NCBI GenBank assembly: GCA_965208675.1
Contig: OZ242351.1
Span: 4,256,001-4,320,000, forward strand
DNA: 64,000 nucleotides
Direction of reading: 5' to 3'
Source: Candidatus Poribacteria bacterium
GTDB taxonomy: Bacteria > Poribacteria > WGA-4E > PCPOR2b
Shown: piece by piece, positions 9,952 to 20,331 of the stretch
Layout of the letters: every line of letters begins with the position of its first letter
How positions within the stretch are numbered: position 1 is the first letter of the stretch
Notes under the pieces: model-generated
The model's input: the letters and a program-made list of their open reading frames with translations, nothing else
Told to the model about the DNA's origin: nothing
Databases searched by the model: none
Made by a program: the position numbers and the translations under genes

Positions 9952-12369
9952 ATGAAAGTCCAACGGGATCTTACGACGGTTTTCTATATTTTTTCGTCCG
10001 GAATATATCTAATCATTGGGGCGCGGAGTTTTGCTAGAGCGCCTGATACGCTTGAAACCAGCTTCTTTTACCTGCTTGGATTAGTAACATGGCTGCTTGC
10101 CACGCTTGTGTGGATGCAACAGACAGACAACCGTGCAGCGCGCATTTCCTATCTAATGAGTATCGGTTTCATGAGCATCTGCTCCATTGATGCTTCGTTC
10201 TCGATTGATGAACGGACGTTGAGCAGCCGAGTATTACCGATTTTCCAGTTTTTGTCGGCAACCATCTTACCTTGCCTTTTTCTTCACTGCTTCCTAATCT
10301 TTCCCGTAGAGAAGAGAATTATCCAACGCCGCGAATGGTTGTTAAAGTTGTTATATGCTCCGGGAATCGTATTGTTTTCTACAATGTCGTTCCTCTACTT
10401 GAGCGGCAATGACTATTCTCGCGAGTTTTTCCTCGTGCATTTTTTACAATTTCCATTGCTGGAATTTGCCATTAGCGGGTTTCTCTGTGCCTATTCAGTT
10501 ACGGGACAATTGCTCCTGTTACATTCAAGTTTTGCAGCGCATTCGTCCTCACAACGCCGTCAGGCACGATGGCTGCTGCTGGGGATAACCGCCGGAACAC
10601 TGCCGCAGGCGGTTTTGACGGCGATACCGAGGGTCTGGGATGTTTCTATCCCGTATGTTCACCTTTCAGCTTACGCGCTATGTTTCATCCCTATTTGCTA
10701 TGTTGTTGCCATTGTTCGTCATCGATTGATGAACATCGAGTTAATTATCAATCGCAGCGTGGTGTACGCCCTTGTTAGTGGATTTGCGTTGGGGATGTAT
10801 TTGCTAAGCATTCACGGATTAGCGAGGTTTTTCCACACAGAAGAACGCTCGTGGGCGGTGACGGCTGTATCAATATTTATCGCCGCTGTGCTTTTTGCGC
10901 CTGCCAAGACACGGATACAAAATTTGATTGATCGGGCGTTTAATCGAGAAGCTTACAATTACCGTCAAACACTATTGGCATTGAGCCAAACTCTTCACTC
11001 AATCCTCGACTTGGAAATCCTCGTTGATACCCTGCTTCGCCAAGTAACTGAAGCGATGCACATCAGTCGAGGTGTCGTGATGTATCGCGTTACGGCCGCC
11101 GATCCAACGTTTGTTACCGAGGCAACTGTTGGCATGGATTCCATCCAGGATAGAATACAAGTTAGGTTATCGCCATCGTTAGTAGACCTTTTGAATGAAG
11201 CCGATAAGCCGCTAGATTTTTCCAATCAACCGCTGGCTCCAAATAGCATTAAATTACTAGAGGCTGAGGCGCTTTCACAGGATGCGGAAGGTTTCAGTAA
11301 CTTTCTTCGATCGGCAATATGGATTCCCTTTGTGACGCGAACGAAGGAACAAGAAAACCTAGTCGGATTACTGGTGCTTGGACAGAAGCTGTCTGAGGAA
11401 CCGTATACACAGACCGATCTCGCACTACTCGGAACGCTTGCGCACCAAGGTGCTACGGCAATTGAAAATGCAACGCTTTACGCACAATTAAGTGCACGAA
11501 CGGAGGCAATGGAAAATGCGCGGCAGCAACTGATGGCGACTTATCTGGACACGTATGGCGGGACAATTCCGAAACCTTCAAGCGAGGTGAAATTCCAGCC
11601 TAATGAGGGGGACAGCGGTTTGGTCGCAGAATTCGACAATATTGCCGCCGCACTCAAGGATAGCCATGATAAACTAAAGCAGTTAGACGGCCTTAAATCT
11701 CAGTTCTTGGACAACGTGTCCCATGAGCTGCGAACACCGTTGACGCATATCAAAGGGTTCGTGGACAACCTGCTCGACGGCGTCGGCGGAGAACTTGCGG
11801 AGAGACAGAAGAGATACTTGTTTCGCGTGAAGGACAACTGCGACCGGCTTATTCGATTAATCAACAATCTTCTAGATCTTTCACGAACAGAATCCGGCAA
11901 AATTTCATTACAGCTTCAACAACGGTTGCTTTACCCAATCCTCGAAGAAACAGTTGCTGGAATTCAGCCTCTACTTGATAAAAAAGAGATTCACATTGAA
12001 TTGAACTGTGAGAAAACCCTTACCGCATTGGTAGACGCAGACAAGATTAGGCAGATTATGACAGATTTATTGGATAACGCCCACAAATATACTGAAAGGG
12101 GAGGGTATGTTAGAGTAGTGGTCACCGCTGTATCGAATCGGGAGGTACAGATTTGCGTCGAAGACAGCGGAATAGGTATTGCCGAAACAGACCTCGATTT
12201 CATTTTTGACCGCTTCCACCGCGTGGCTGGACCGAGAAGTAACAACACCAGCGGAATCGGCTTAGGGTTGCCCATTGTAAAAAATCTCGTTGAGTTACAC
12301 GGCGGGGATGTCAAGGTTGAAAGCGAATTGGGTAAGGGCAGCCGTTTTTATATTAAACTGAATCGCTAG
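9952..12369 (+). CDS. Membrane-bound sensor histidine kinase with GAF domain
   Basis: About 9 TM helices, GAF-like region (LAHQGATAIENA), H-box VSHELRTPL, N-box LLDNAHKYT, G-boxes DSGIGI and GIGLGL. Confidence 0.9.
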   Translation: MKVQRDLTTVFYIFSSGIYLIIGARSFARAPDTLETSFFYLLGLVTWLLATLVWMQQTDNRAARISYLMSIGFMSICSIDASFSIDERTLSSRVLPIFQFLSATILPCLFLHCFLIFPVEKRIIQRREWLLKLLYAPGIVLFSTMSFLYLSGNDYSREFFLVHFLQFPLLEFAISGFLCAYSVTGQLLLLHSSFAAHSSSQRRQARWLLLGITAGTLPQAVLTAIPRVWDVSIPYVHLSAYALCFIPICYVVAIVRHRLMNIELIINRSVVYALVSGFALGMYLLSIHGLARFFHTEERSWAVTAVSIFIAAVLFAPAKTRIQNLIDRAFNREAYNYRQTLLALSQTLHSILDLEILVDTLLRQVTEAMHISRGVVMYRVTAADPTFVTEATVGMDSIQDRIQVRLSPSLVDLLNEADKPLDFSNQPLAPNSIKLLEAEALSQDAEGFSNFLRSAIWIPFVTRTKEQENLVGLLVLGQKLSEEPYTQTDLALLGTLAHQGATAIENATLYAQLSARTEAMENARQQLMATYLDTYGGTIPKPSSEVKFQPNEGDSGLVAEFDNIAAALKDSHDKLKQLDGLKSQFLDNVSHELRTPLTHIKGFVDNLLDGVGGELAERQKRYLFRVKDNCDRLIRLINNLLDLSRTESGKISLQLQQRLLYPILEETVAGIQPLLDKKEIHIELNCEKTLTALVDADKIRQIMTDLLDNAHKYTERGGYVRVVVTAVSNREVQICVEDSGIGIAETDLDFIFDRFHRVAGPRSNNTSGIGLGLPIVKNLVELHGGDVKVESELGKGSRFYIKLNR

Positions 12370-12396
12370 ATTTTTGCTTAGAACGGTGGTAAAACC

Positions 12397-12738
12397 ATGA
12401 ATCTGTTCGTCTACGGCACTTTAAAAGATCGCGAGTTTATCCAGACGCTTCTAAATCGTCGCCTTGATGAGCCATCAAAAGCCATTTTTCCAGGGTTTAC
12501 AACTGTAATGTCAAAGTCGGGATATCCTGTCATGGTACCGGCTGAAGGATGTAGCGTTGACGGAATTGTCTGGCGTGATTTGACGGATAGGGATTTTGAA
12601 ATCATGGACAGGTATGAGGGGTGTAATACGCAAACACCAGTATATCAGCGTGAAAGGCGGAAGGCTATCGTTGAGGGACGAGAAGAGGAAATTTGGGCGT
12701 ATTTTGGGACGCCGGCGTTTTTAATTCAGATGCTTTAG
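12397..12738 (+). CDS. Gamma-glutamylcyclotransferase (AIG2-like) family protein
   Basis: LFVYGTL and MDRYEG motifs. Confidence 0.85.
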   Translation: MNLFVYGTLKDREFIQTLLNRRLDEPSKAIFPGFTTVMSKSGYPVMVPAEGCSVDGIVWRDLTDRDFEIMDRYEGCNTQTPVYQRERRKAIVEGREEEIWAYFGTPAFLIQML

Positions 12739-12824
12739 GAGGACGATTAACTAAACTCTTGAACTTGGTCCGTAATTGTGATTGAGGTGTACCATTTCAC
12801 GGTTTCATGAAGTTTCAGAAACAC

Positions 12825-13029
12825 TAGGTTCTGTTGACATTTTGAGGCTACTGATTCGGCAAACGTTGTCACCATTGGATAATCTGATATAAGTAGCGCA
12901 AACTGTTAGTTTGCGGGCTCGAATCACAATCTAACAGATTGTGTTACAAAAGATTCCTTGGTACTTGATAGCGACTGCCGTTTAACCGTTCATTTCAACC
13001 TACGGGATGCCAAATGTCAACATGCCCTA
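12825..13029 (-). mobile_element. MITE family M1, copy 2 (inverted relative to 8134-8338)
   Basis: Reverse complement of copy 1 with a few substitutions. Confidence 0.8.
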
Positions 13030-13036
13030 ATAACCA

Positions 13037-13072
13037 ATAAAAAAAGGCAGCTAGCTTTAGCTGCCTTTTTTT
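13037..13072. terminator. Bidirectional rho-independent terminator
   Basis: A-run, GGCAGCTA-gctt-TAGCTGCC stem-loop, T-run; lies between convergent genes. Confidence 0.8.
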
Positions 13073-13102
13073 ATGTTAGGGGTTGACGAAAATTGTCTGA
13101 TT

Positions 13103-14581
13103 CTACTCAACCATGCCGATCTTTGCGGCTTCTGGCGCCCGTGTCGGCAAATTCTGCTTAGCCAGCTGATCTTCCGGGATATAGTTGGAGTAATCAGAAA
13201 TTTTACCGTGGGTCAATGAGTAAACGACGACATTGGTCATAAACCGGTATACGCCGGGAGAATAGTGCACGGAACGTGTCGGCAGGCTTACCGCCTCCAT
13301 CGCGCACATGTAATCACGGCGAACCAGCAGCACCGAAAGTTTCTCGCCAACGGAGATGCCTTCAAGGAAATTACGTTTTGGTGCTTTTGTGCCAAACCAG
13401 AAGATATCGAACCCAACGGGCGGACCGCCCATCTCGTAGAAGTTGTTATAAACCTCGTGATCGTTGGGAATCCGCTCTATTTGATATTCTGGCATCACGT
13501 AGCGCATTTGGGCAAGGAATATGCGGACCATCGCCTGGCCAGCGGCGTTGACGCCGCAATCGTCAAAGACGAGGACGCCGCCCCTGTCGACAAGGTATCT
13601 CCGCAACCCAGCCGCTTCCGGCTCAGTAAATCTGCTGTTCAACGTCGCGCCAAAACCGCCCTTCTGAGCGAGTCCGTGCGACCGAACTACCGCGGGGTCA
13701 TGCCCAGTCATGAATGCCATTGGAGTCTTTTGCAAGTTGGCGTCCGTTAATTTCAGCGCGCCGCCTTCAACATTCATGTCCGCCTTAATTTTCGTCCGCT
13801 CATTCAGCCATTTGGTCAGCGCATTCAGCGATGACGCATCTGCCCACCAATCAGAAAGGGTGTGTCGGATCCGGGTAAAGCGGAAGACGCCTTGTATGTC
13901 GCGCCCTTTGCCAATGACTCGACCTCCTGGCTCACCTCTCGGCAGGGGCGGAACATCTACATTGCCGAGCGTGATGCTTTCTACTACATCCCCTAGCGCA
14001 TCACGTGCAGCACCAACCTGCTCAACCATCGTCAGACCCGGTGGACGTTCAAATGCAACCTTCACCTGAACTATCCCGCCGGCAATCCCGCGTCCAATAT
14101 TCGACGGGCCGGCGCTTGGTGCAGACGCAACAGGCCCGGAAAACGCCAATGCGCCCGGCGCATCTGATACCGGCAAATCGGCATGAGTCGTGATTTGCGG
14201 AACCGGCGCATTCGGGTTAACGACTTTGGGAACGTTAGGATTAATGGGTTGGTCTAATTTGACGACTTTATTCGAGAATTCGAGCACCGTTTGGGGCTCA
14301 ATAGTAGACGTACGAACGACTGCAGCGGTTGTGACTCTGGGTTGAACCTGAACTTGTTCAACGACAACGGTGTTATCCGTTGGAATAGTCGGTTTAATCT
14401 GTTTGATAACCGGTTTACGTACTTGGGGTTTTGGCGGCTCAGGCGGTTCAAGCACTTGTGCACCGACTAAGTCTTTGAATTGCGGGGTTTGTGTGACGAG
14501 ATAAACACCTAGAATCAGCACGGCGACGCCGTGAAGAATCAACGATGTCATCAAGGCACCTGATGTTTTCTTAGCACTCAT
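13103..14581 (-). CDS. DUF4159-domain membrane-anchored protein
   Basis: N-terminal TM (SLILHG), Pro/Val-rich linker, FMTGHD...LRRYLVDRGGVLVFDDCG...IPNDHEVY typical of DUF4159. Confidence 0.7.
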   Translation of the reverse strand: MSAKKTSGALMTSLILHGVAVLILGVYLVTQTPQFKDLVGAQVLEPPEPPKPQVRKPVIKQIKPTIPTDNTVVVEQVQVQPRVTTAAVVRTSTIEPQTVLEFSNKVVKLDQPINPNVPKVVNPNAPVPQITTHADLPVSDAPGALAFSGPVASAPSAGPSNIGRGIAGGIVQVKVAFERPPGLTMVEQVGAARDALGDVVESITLGNVDVPPLPRGEPGGRVIGKGRDIQGVFRFTRIRHTLSDWWADASSLNALTKWLNERTKIKADMNVEGGALKLTDANLQKTPMAFMTGHDPAVVRSHGLAQKGGFGATLNSRFTEPEAAGLRRYLVDRGGVLVFDDCGVNAAGQAMVRIFLAQMRYVMPEYQIERIPNDHEVYNNFYEMGGPPVGFDIFWFGTKAPKRNFLEGISVGEKLSVLLVRRDYMCAMEAVSLPTRSVHYSPGVYRFMTNVVVYSLTHGKISDYSNYIPEDQLAKQNLPTRAPEAAKIGMVE

Positions 14582-14802
14582 TTTAACCTCCAAATTAAGT
14601 TTATACTGTAAATGTGTTAACAGTTGGAATCGACTAAAACTAATTCTAACGACAAGGCACGTGAAGGTTTCACGACATTCGTAATTTCTTTAAAAATTCA
14701 TAGCGCCGCAATGTTTAATACCCAAACCTATCGAAAAACTCCACGGCGCAATTCTACAATCATCTACCATGTTACACGGAGTAATTCAATTTTATATAGA
14801 GA

Positions 14803-14817
14803 GCAATTTATATGCCA
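14803..14817 (-). promoter_or_regulatory. sigma54 (-24/-12) promoter for the DUF4159 gene
   Basis: Minus strand TGGCATATAAATTGC = GG-N10-GC consensus; palindromes at 15027-15046 and 15065-15090 lie upstream. Confidence 0.65.
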
Positions 14818-15277
14818 TAGTTCAATTATTCCGTAGATGATGATACTTAAACTTAAGCGCATGTCGAGATTTCGCGGCGAACATTAGAACCCGTTTTTTT
14901 GTCGGTTGTGCTTCACGACTATGTTTTGTTTGCGTGAATCCTAGTTTTCCTGCTGCCGAGGTGGCTGCAAAAAAATGTGTGAATTCATGGGACGAACTAT
15001 GGATGCTACAAGATATTATGAATTTCTTTGTGCAGATTTGCACAAAACGGTTCAATCTCATCATCAAATTGCACCAAATGGTGCAATTTGGGTTTAATAT
15101 AAGGGAATTAAATCGGATATGGTAGTCGAGTTACTACACTACAAACTACAAAAAAATTGCCAGATTACTTTTTCGAAACCAGACTCTGGTTTGCTGCGGT
15201 TGATGCGTCGGAATTATGGACATACCTAATCTGCACGGCTCGGGTGATTACTAAGGCGAGCGTTGTGAATGCCTATA

Positions 15278-17110
15278 CTAATGCGTCTCAGGTTCGCGTT
15301 GGCTCAGGTGTTTCCGGATGCTATTCGCTACGTTACGGGGAATTCCTTTGACAGCGAGCAATTCATCCAAACTGGCTTGGCGGACGTTTGCGACGGATCC
15401 AAAGTGCTGGAGTAATCTCTGTTTCCGTTTGGATCCGATGTTGGGAATTTCGTCAAGGATTGAGTGGTTGATTGCGCGGCTGCGAAGCTTGTGATGGTAG
15501 GAGATGGCAAAGCGGTGGGCTTCGTCACGTAGACGCTGAATAAGGTGAAGTGTTGGGTTGTCCCGCCGGAGGACAATTGCATCTTGGCGATCTGGCAGAA
15601 AAATATGCTCGAATCGCTTCGCAAGCCCGATAATTGGAAGATGAGCCAGCTCAAGAGAATTCAACGCCTCGCAAGCTGCGCTTAGCTGCCCTTTGCCGCC
15701 ATCAATTAAAATGAGGTCAGGGAATCGGTTTTCCTCAATTGCGCGGCGAAATCGGCGAGTGACCACCTCCTTCATCATTGCAAAGTCATTCTGTCCTTCA
15801 ACGGTGCGAATCTTGAAACGCCGGTACTCGGATTTCGCCGGTTCGCCATCTTCCATGACAACCATTGACCCCACAGCGAATCGATCTCCGAGATTGGAGA
15901 TGTCGAACGCGTCGATTCGTTGAGGCGGCCGGTTTAGGTTTAACAGCTCTTGTAGTTCAACTAGTGCTGGATTATCCCCAGCTTTGAGCACGACCAATTG
16001 GTCTTTTTGTTCAAGAATCAAGTTCGCGTTCTTCGACGCCATCTCCACTAACTGGCGTTTACGCCCTTTCTGGGGAATTTGCAGCGTCACACGACTTTCC
16101 CGTTTCTGGGAAAGCCAGTTTTGAATGGTTTCGAGCGTTTCGATTTCGCCCGGCAATACGACGGTTTTGGGGATGAAGGAAGCGTCCTGATAATATTGCT
16201 GCACAAAAGCCGTCAATGATTCACGCTTCGATTCGCTCTGAACGCCGGTCAGAAAGTAATGTTCGCGCTCGATTAGCTTTCCATCGCGTACCATCAGCAC
16301 CTGTACGCATGCCTCATCACCTTTGCAGGCGATGCCAATCACGTCCTCATCCTCGGCAGACGTATTGTCAATATGCTGTTTAACAATACCTTGGTTTACG
16401 GTTTCAATCTGGTCTCGGTACTTTGCCGCGCCTTCAAAGTCAAGATTGGAGGCAGCGTTCTGCATCTTCTCCGCAAGTTCTTGGATAATGTGTTGTGTAT
16501 TTCCACTAAGGAATCGGCGGACGTTGTTCACAATCTCGGCATAGTCATCAGTGCTGATGAGGTCGGCGCACGGTCCGGGACAGCGCTTGATATGATAATC
16601 TAGGCAAACACGATACGCATTGCCTGCTTCTTTCAAGTTCAAGCTACAGGTGCGTACAGGAAATGCCTTTGTGAGTTGCTTAACTGTAAGGCGCGTAGCA
16701 CGGGTATGCACGAAGGGACCGAAATACTTTGCGCCGTCATTTTCGATTTGGCGTGTGATGTAGAGGCCTGCATAAGGTTCTTTGACCGTTAGTTTCAAGT
16801 AGGGATACCGTTTGTCATCCTTGAGTTTCACATTGTAGCGAGGTTGGTGTTCCTTGATAAGGTTATTCTCCAAGATTAACGCTTCAACGTAGGTCTTGGT
16901 GAGGACAAAATCAACATCATGGACGTATCGCAGCATCGGCTCGGTCAGGGCATGCGGTGAGGCGCTGCTTTGAAAGTACGATCTTACGCGATGGTTTAGT
17001 GACGACGCCTTGCCGACGTATAGGATTTTCTCCTCGATGTCCTTCATCAGGTAGACACCGGAATTGGTAGGGAGATTTGCGAGTTTGTCTTTAAGTCGAC
17101 TATTTGTCAT
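15278..17110 (-). CDS. uvrC: Excinuclease ABC subunit C
   Basis: GIY-YIG N-terminus, FDISN, PDLILIDGGKGQL, RDEAHRFA, C-terminal HhH. Confidence 0.97.
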   Translation of the reverse strand: MTNSRLKDKLANLPTNSGVYLMKDIEEKILYVGKASSLNHRVRSYFQSSASPHALTEPMLRYVHDVDFVLTKTYVEALILENNLIKEHQPRYNVKLKDDKRYPYLKLTVKEPYAGLYITRQIENDGAKYFGPFVHTRATRLTVKQLTKAFPVRTCSLNLKEAGNAYRVCLDYHIKRCPGPCADLISTDDYAEIVNNVRRFLSGNTQHIIQELAEKMQNAASNLDFEGAAKYRDQIETVNQGIVKQHIDNTSAEDEDVIGIACKGDEACVQVLMVRDGKLIEREHYFLTGVQSESKRESLTAFVQQYYQDASFIPKTVVLPGEIETLETIQNWLSQKRESRVTLQIPQKGRKRQLVEMASKNANLILEQKDQLVVLKAGDNPALVELQELLNLNRPPQRIDAFDISNLGDRFAVGSMVVMEDGEPAKSEYRRFKIRTVEGQNDFAMMKEVVTRRFRRAIEENRFPDLILIDGGKGQLSAACEALNSLELAHLPIIGLAKRFEHIFLPDRQDAIVLRRDNPTLHLIQRLRDEAHRFAISYHHKLRSRAINHSILDEIPNIGSKRKQRLLQHFGSVANVRQASLDELLAVKGIPRNVANSIRKHLSQREPETH

Positions 17111-17450
17111 CGCTTTTTGGAACCGATTGGATTGAGTTCCAATCCAGTTTGCGCATTGTGCGTTTCAAAAGGGAATATTTCAGGTATCGGCAATTGAAAT
17201 GGATTAATCTGTTGCAACGAGGGCTAAACATCTTTGCATCTTGCCCCGGTCAAATCATCGCGTATCCGGAATGGTCATCGGCGCGCTGCTTATTCCATCT
17301 TATGATGCCACAAAACGCACAATTTATCAAGTTCATCAAGTTCTTTGATACCGATTTGTCAAATGGACAAGCAGTAAAATCCTTGGTAAAGCCGTTCGAA
17401 TATTGGCCTGCCTTAACAAAGAATCGGCAAAATGGGGAAGCCTTAAAATA

Positions 17451-17490
17451 AAAAAGGGGAGCGGGACACGAATTGTGTCTCACTCCCCTT
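17451..17490 (-). terminator. Terminator after groEL
   Basis: AAGGGGAG..GACAC/GTGTC..CTCCCCTT stem followed by a T-run on the minus strand. Confidence 0.65.
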
Positions 17491-17517
17491 ACTGTTTTGC
17501 GTGTGCACTATGCGAAT

Positions 17518-19462
<1,945 letters not shown>

Positions 19463-19545
19463 TAGGTGTTCTCCTCTCGTTAACATTTAAAATAGATGAT
19501 ACTTTATTGATGGATAAATGTAAATTTACCCATGCAGTTTATAAG

Positions 19546-19561
19546 GCAAGAAATGTGCCAA
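19546..19561 (-). promoter_or_regulatory. sigma54 (-24/-12) promoter for groESL
   Basis: Minus strand TTGGCACATTTCTTGC, a close match to TGGCAC-N5-TTGC, about 85 bp upstream of groS. Confidence 0.75.
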
Positions 19562-19807
19562 CCCGTTATAAAAGGATACTTGGGCTAGAGGGGACATTTT
19601 GACACGACAAATATCGAGACAAATTGTCGTTATTTCTCTTGATGTTGGGGCGAGTGTCATATTGTCACGGTTAGGCTGTTGGTATGGGGTATTGTCCACC
19701 AAAATTTGCCTGCAATGATGAGATTACGGGGGGCGCTGTCACAATGAAAGTCTGTAAATGCAGCGTCGTAACGACGTTTATCGGAAAGTCATGGCCATAC
19801 TTTTTCA

Positions 19808-19836
19808 TTGACAAATGTAGTCTAGCTTGGTAGAAT
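19808..19836 (+). promoter_or_regulatory. sigma70 promoter of the tRNA operon
   Basis: TTGACA-17 nt-TAGAAT, 13 nt before tRNA-Gly. Confidence 0.85.
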
Positions 19837-19849
19837 TAACCGTGATTAT

Positions 19850-19921
19850 GCGGGAGTAGCTCAGCGGTAGAGCTCTACCTTGCCAAGGTAGAGGTCGCGG
19901 GTTCAAGTCCCGTCTCCCGCT
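19850..19921 (+). tRNA. tRNA-Gly(GCC)
   Basis: Cloverleaf GCGGGAG...CTCCCGC-T; anticodon arm CTACC TT GCC AA GGTAG. Confidence 0.95.
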
Positions 19922-19926
19922 TTCAT

Positions 19927-20001
19927 GGCGGCGTAGCCAAGTGGTAAGGCGAGAGTCTGCAAAACTCTTATACGTCGGTTCGATTCCGACCGCCGCCTCC
20001 A
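19927..20001 (+). tRNA. tRNA-Cys(GCA)
   Basis: GGCGGCG...CGCCGCC-T-CCA; anticodon arm AGAGT CT GCA AA ACTCT. Confidence 0.95.
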
Positions 20002-20006
20002 ATTCT

Positions 20007-20080
20007 GGGCGGTTAGCTCAGTTGGTTAGAGTACTTGCTCGACACGCAAGGGGTCATAGGTTCAAATCCTATACCGCCCA
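20007..20080 (+). tRNA. tRNA-Val(GAC)
   Basis: GGGCGGT...ACCGCCC-A; anticodon arm CTTGC TC GAC AC GCAAG. Confidence 0.92.
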
Positions 20081-20105
20081 TTAACATAGTATCCATTTAT
20101 AATTC

Positions 20106-20129
20106 AAAGAGCCGAAAGGCTCTTTTTTT
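20106..20129 (+). terminator. Rho-independent terminator of the tRNA operon
   Basis: AAAGAGCC-GAAA-GGCTCTTT followed by a T-run. Confidence 0.85.
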
Positions 20130-20331
20130 GGCGGCCGCGCAACTCACTACACTTTAAATCCTGTTTAAACAATAGGTGAAATATCCATTCCTTGGCGATT
20201 GAGTCGCTAGAACCGTTGGAACTTCTGTCGCACGAGATTTTCTATCGCCTTCGCTCTGACTGTCCTTGTGTCACAACCATAAGTTCCGGTTCCAACCCAC
20301 ACACCAGGATGAGCGGCCAGTTTTAATTGCA

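Noticed and set aside
17104-17451. 115-aa plus-strand ORF between uvrC and groEL
   Set aside because: Antisense to the local gene direction, no RBS, no family motif; more likely the uvrC upstream region.
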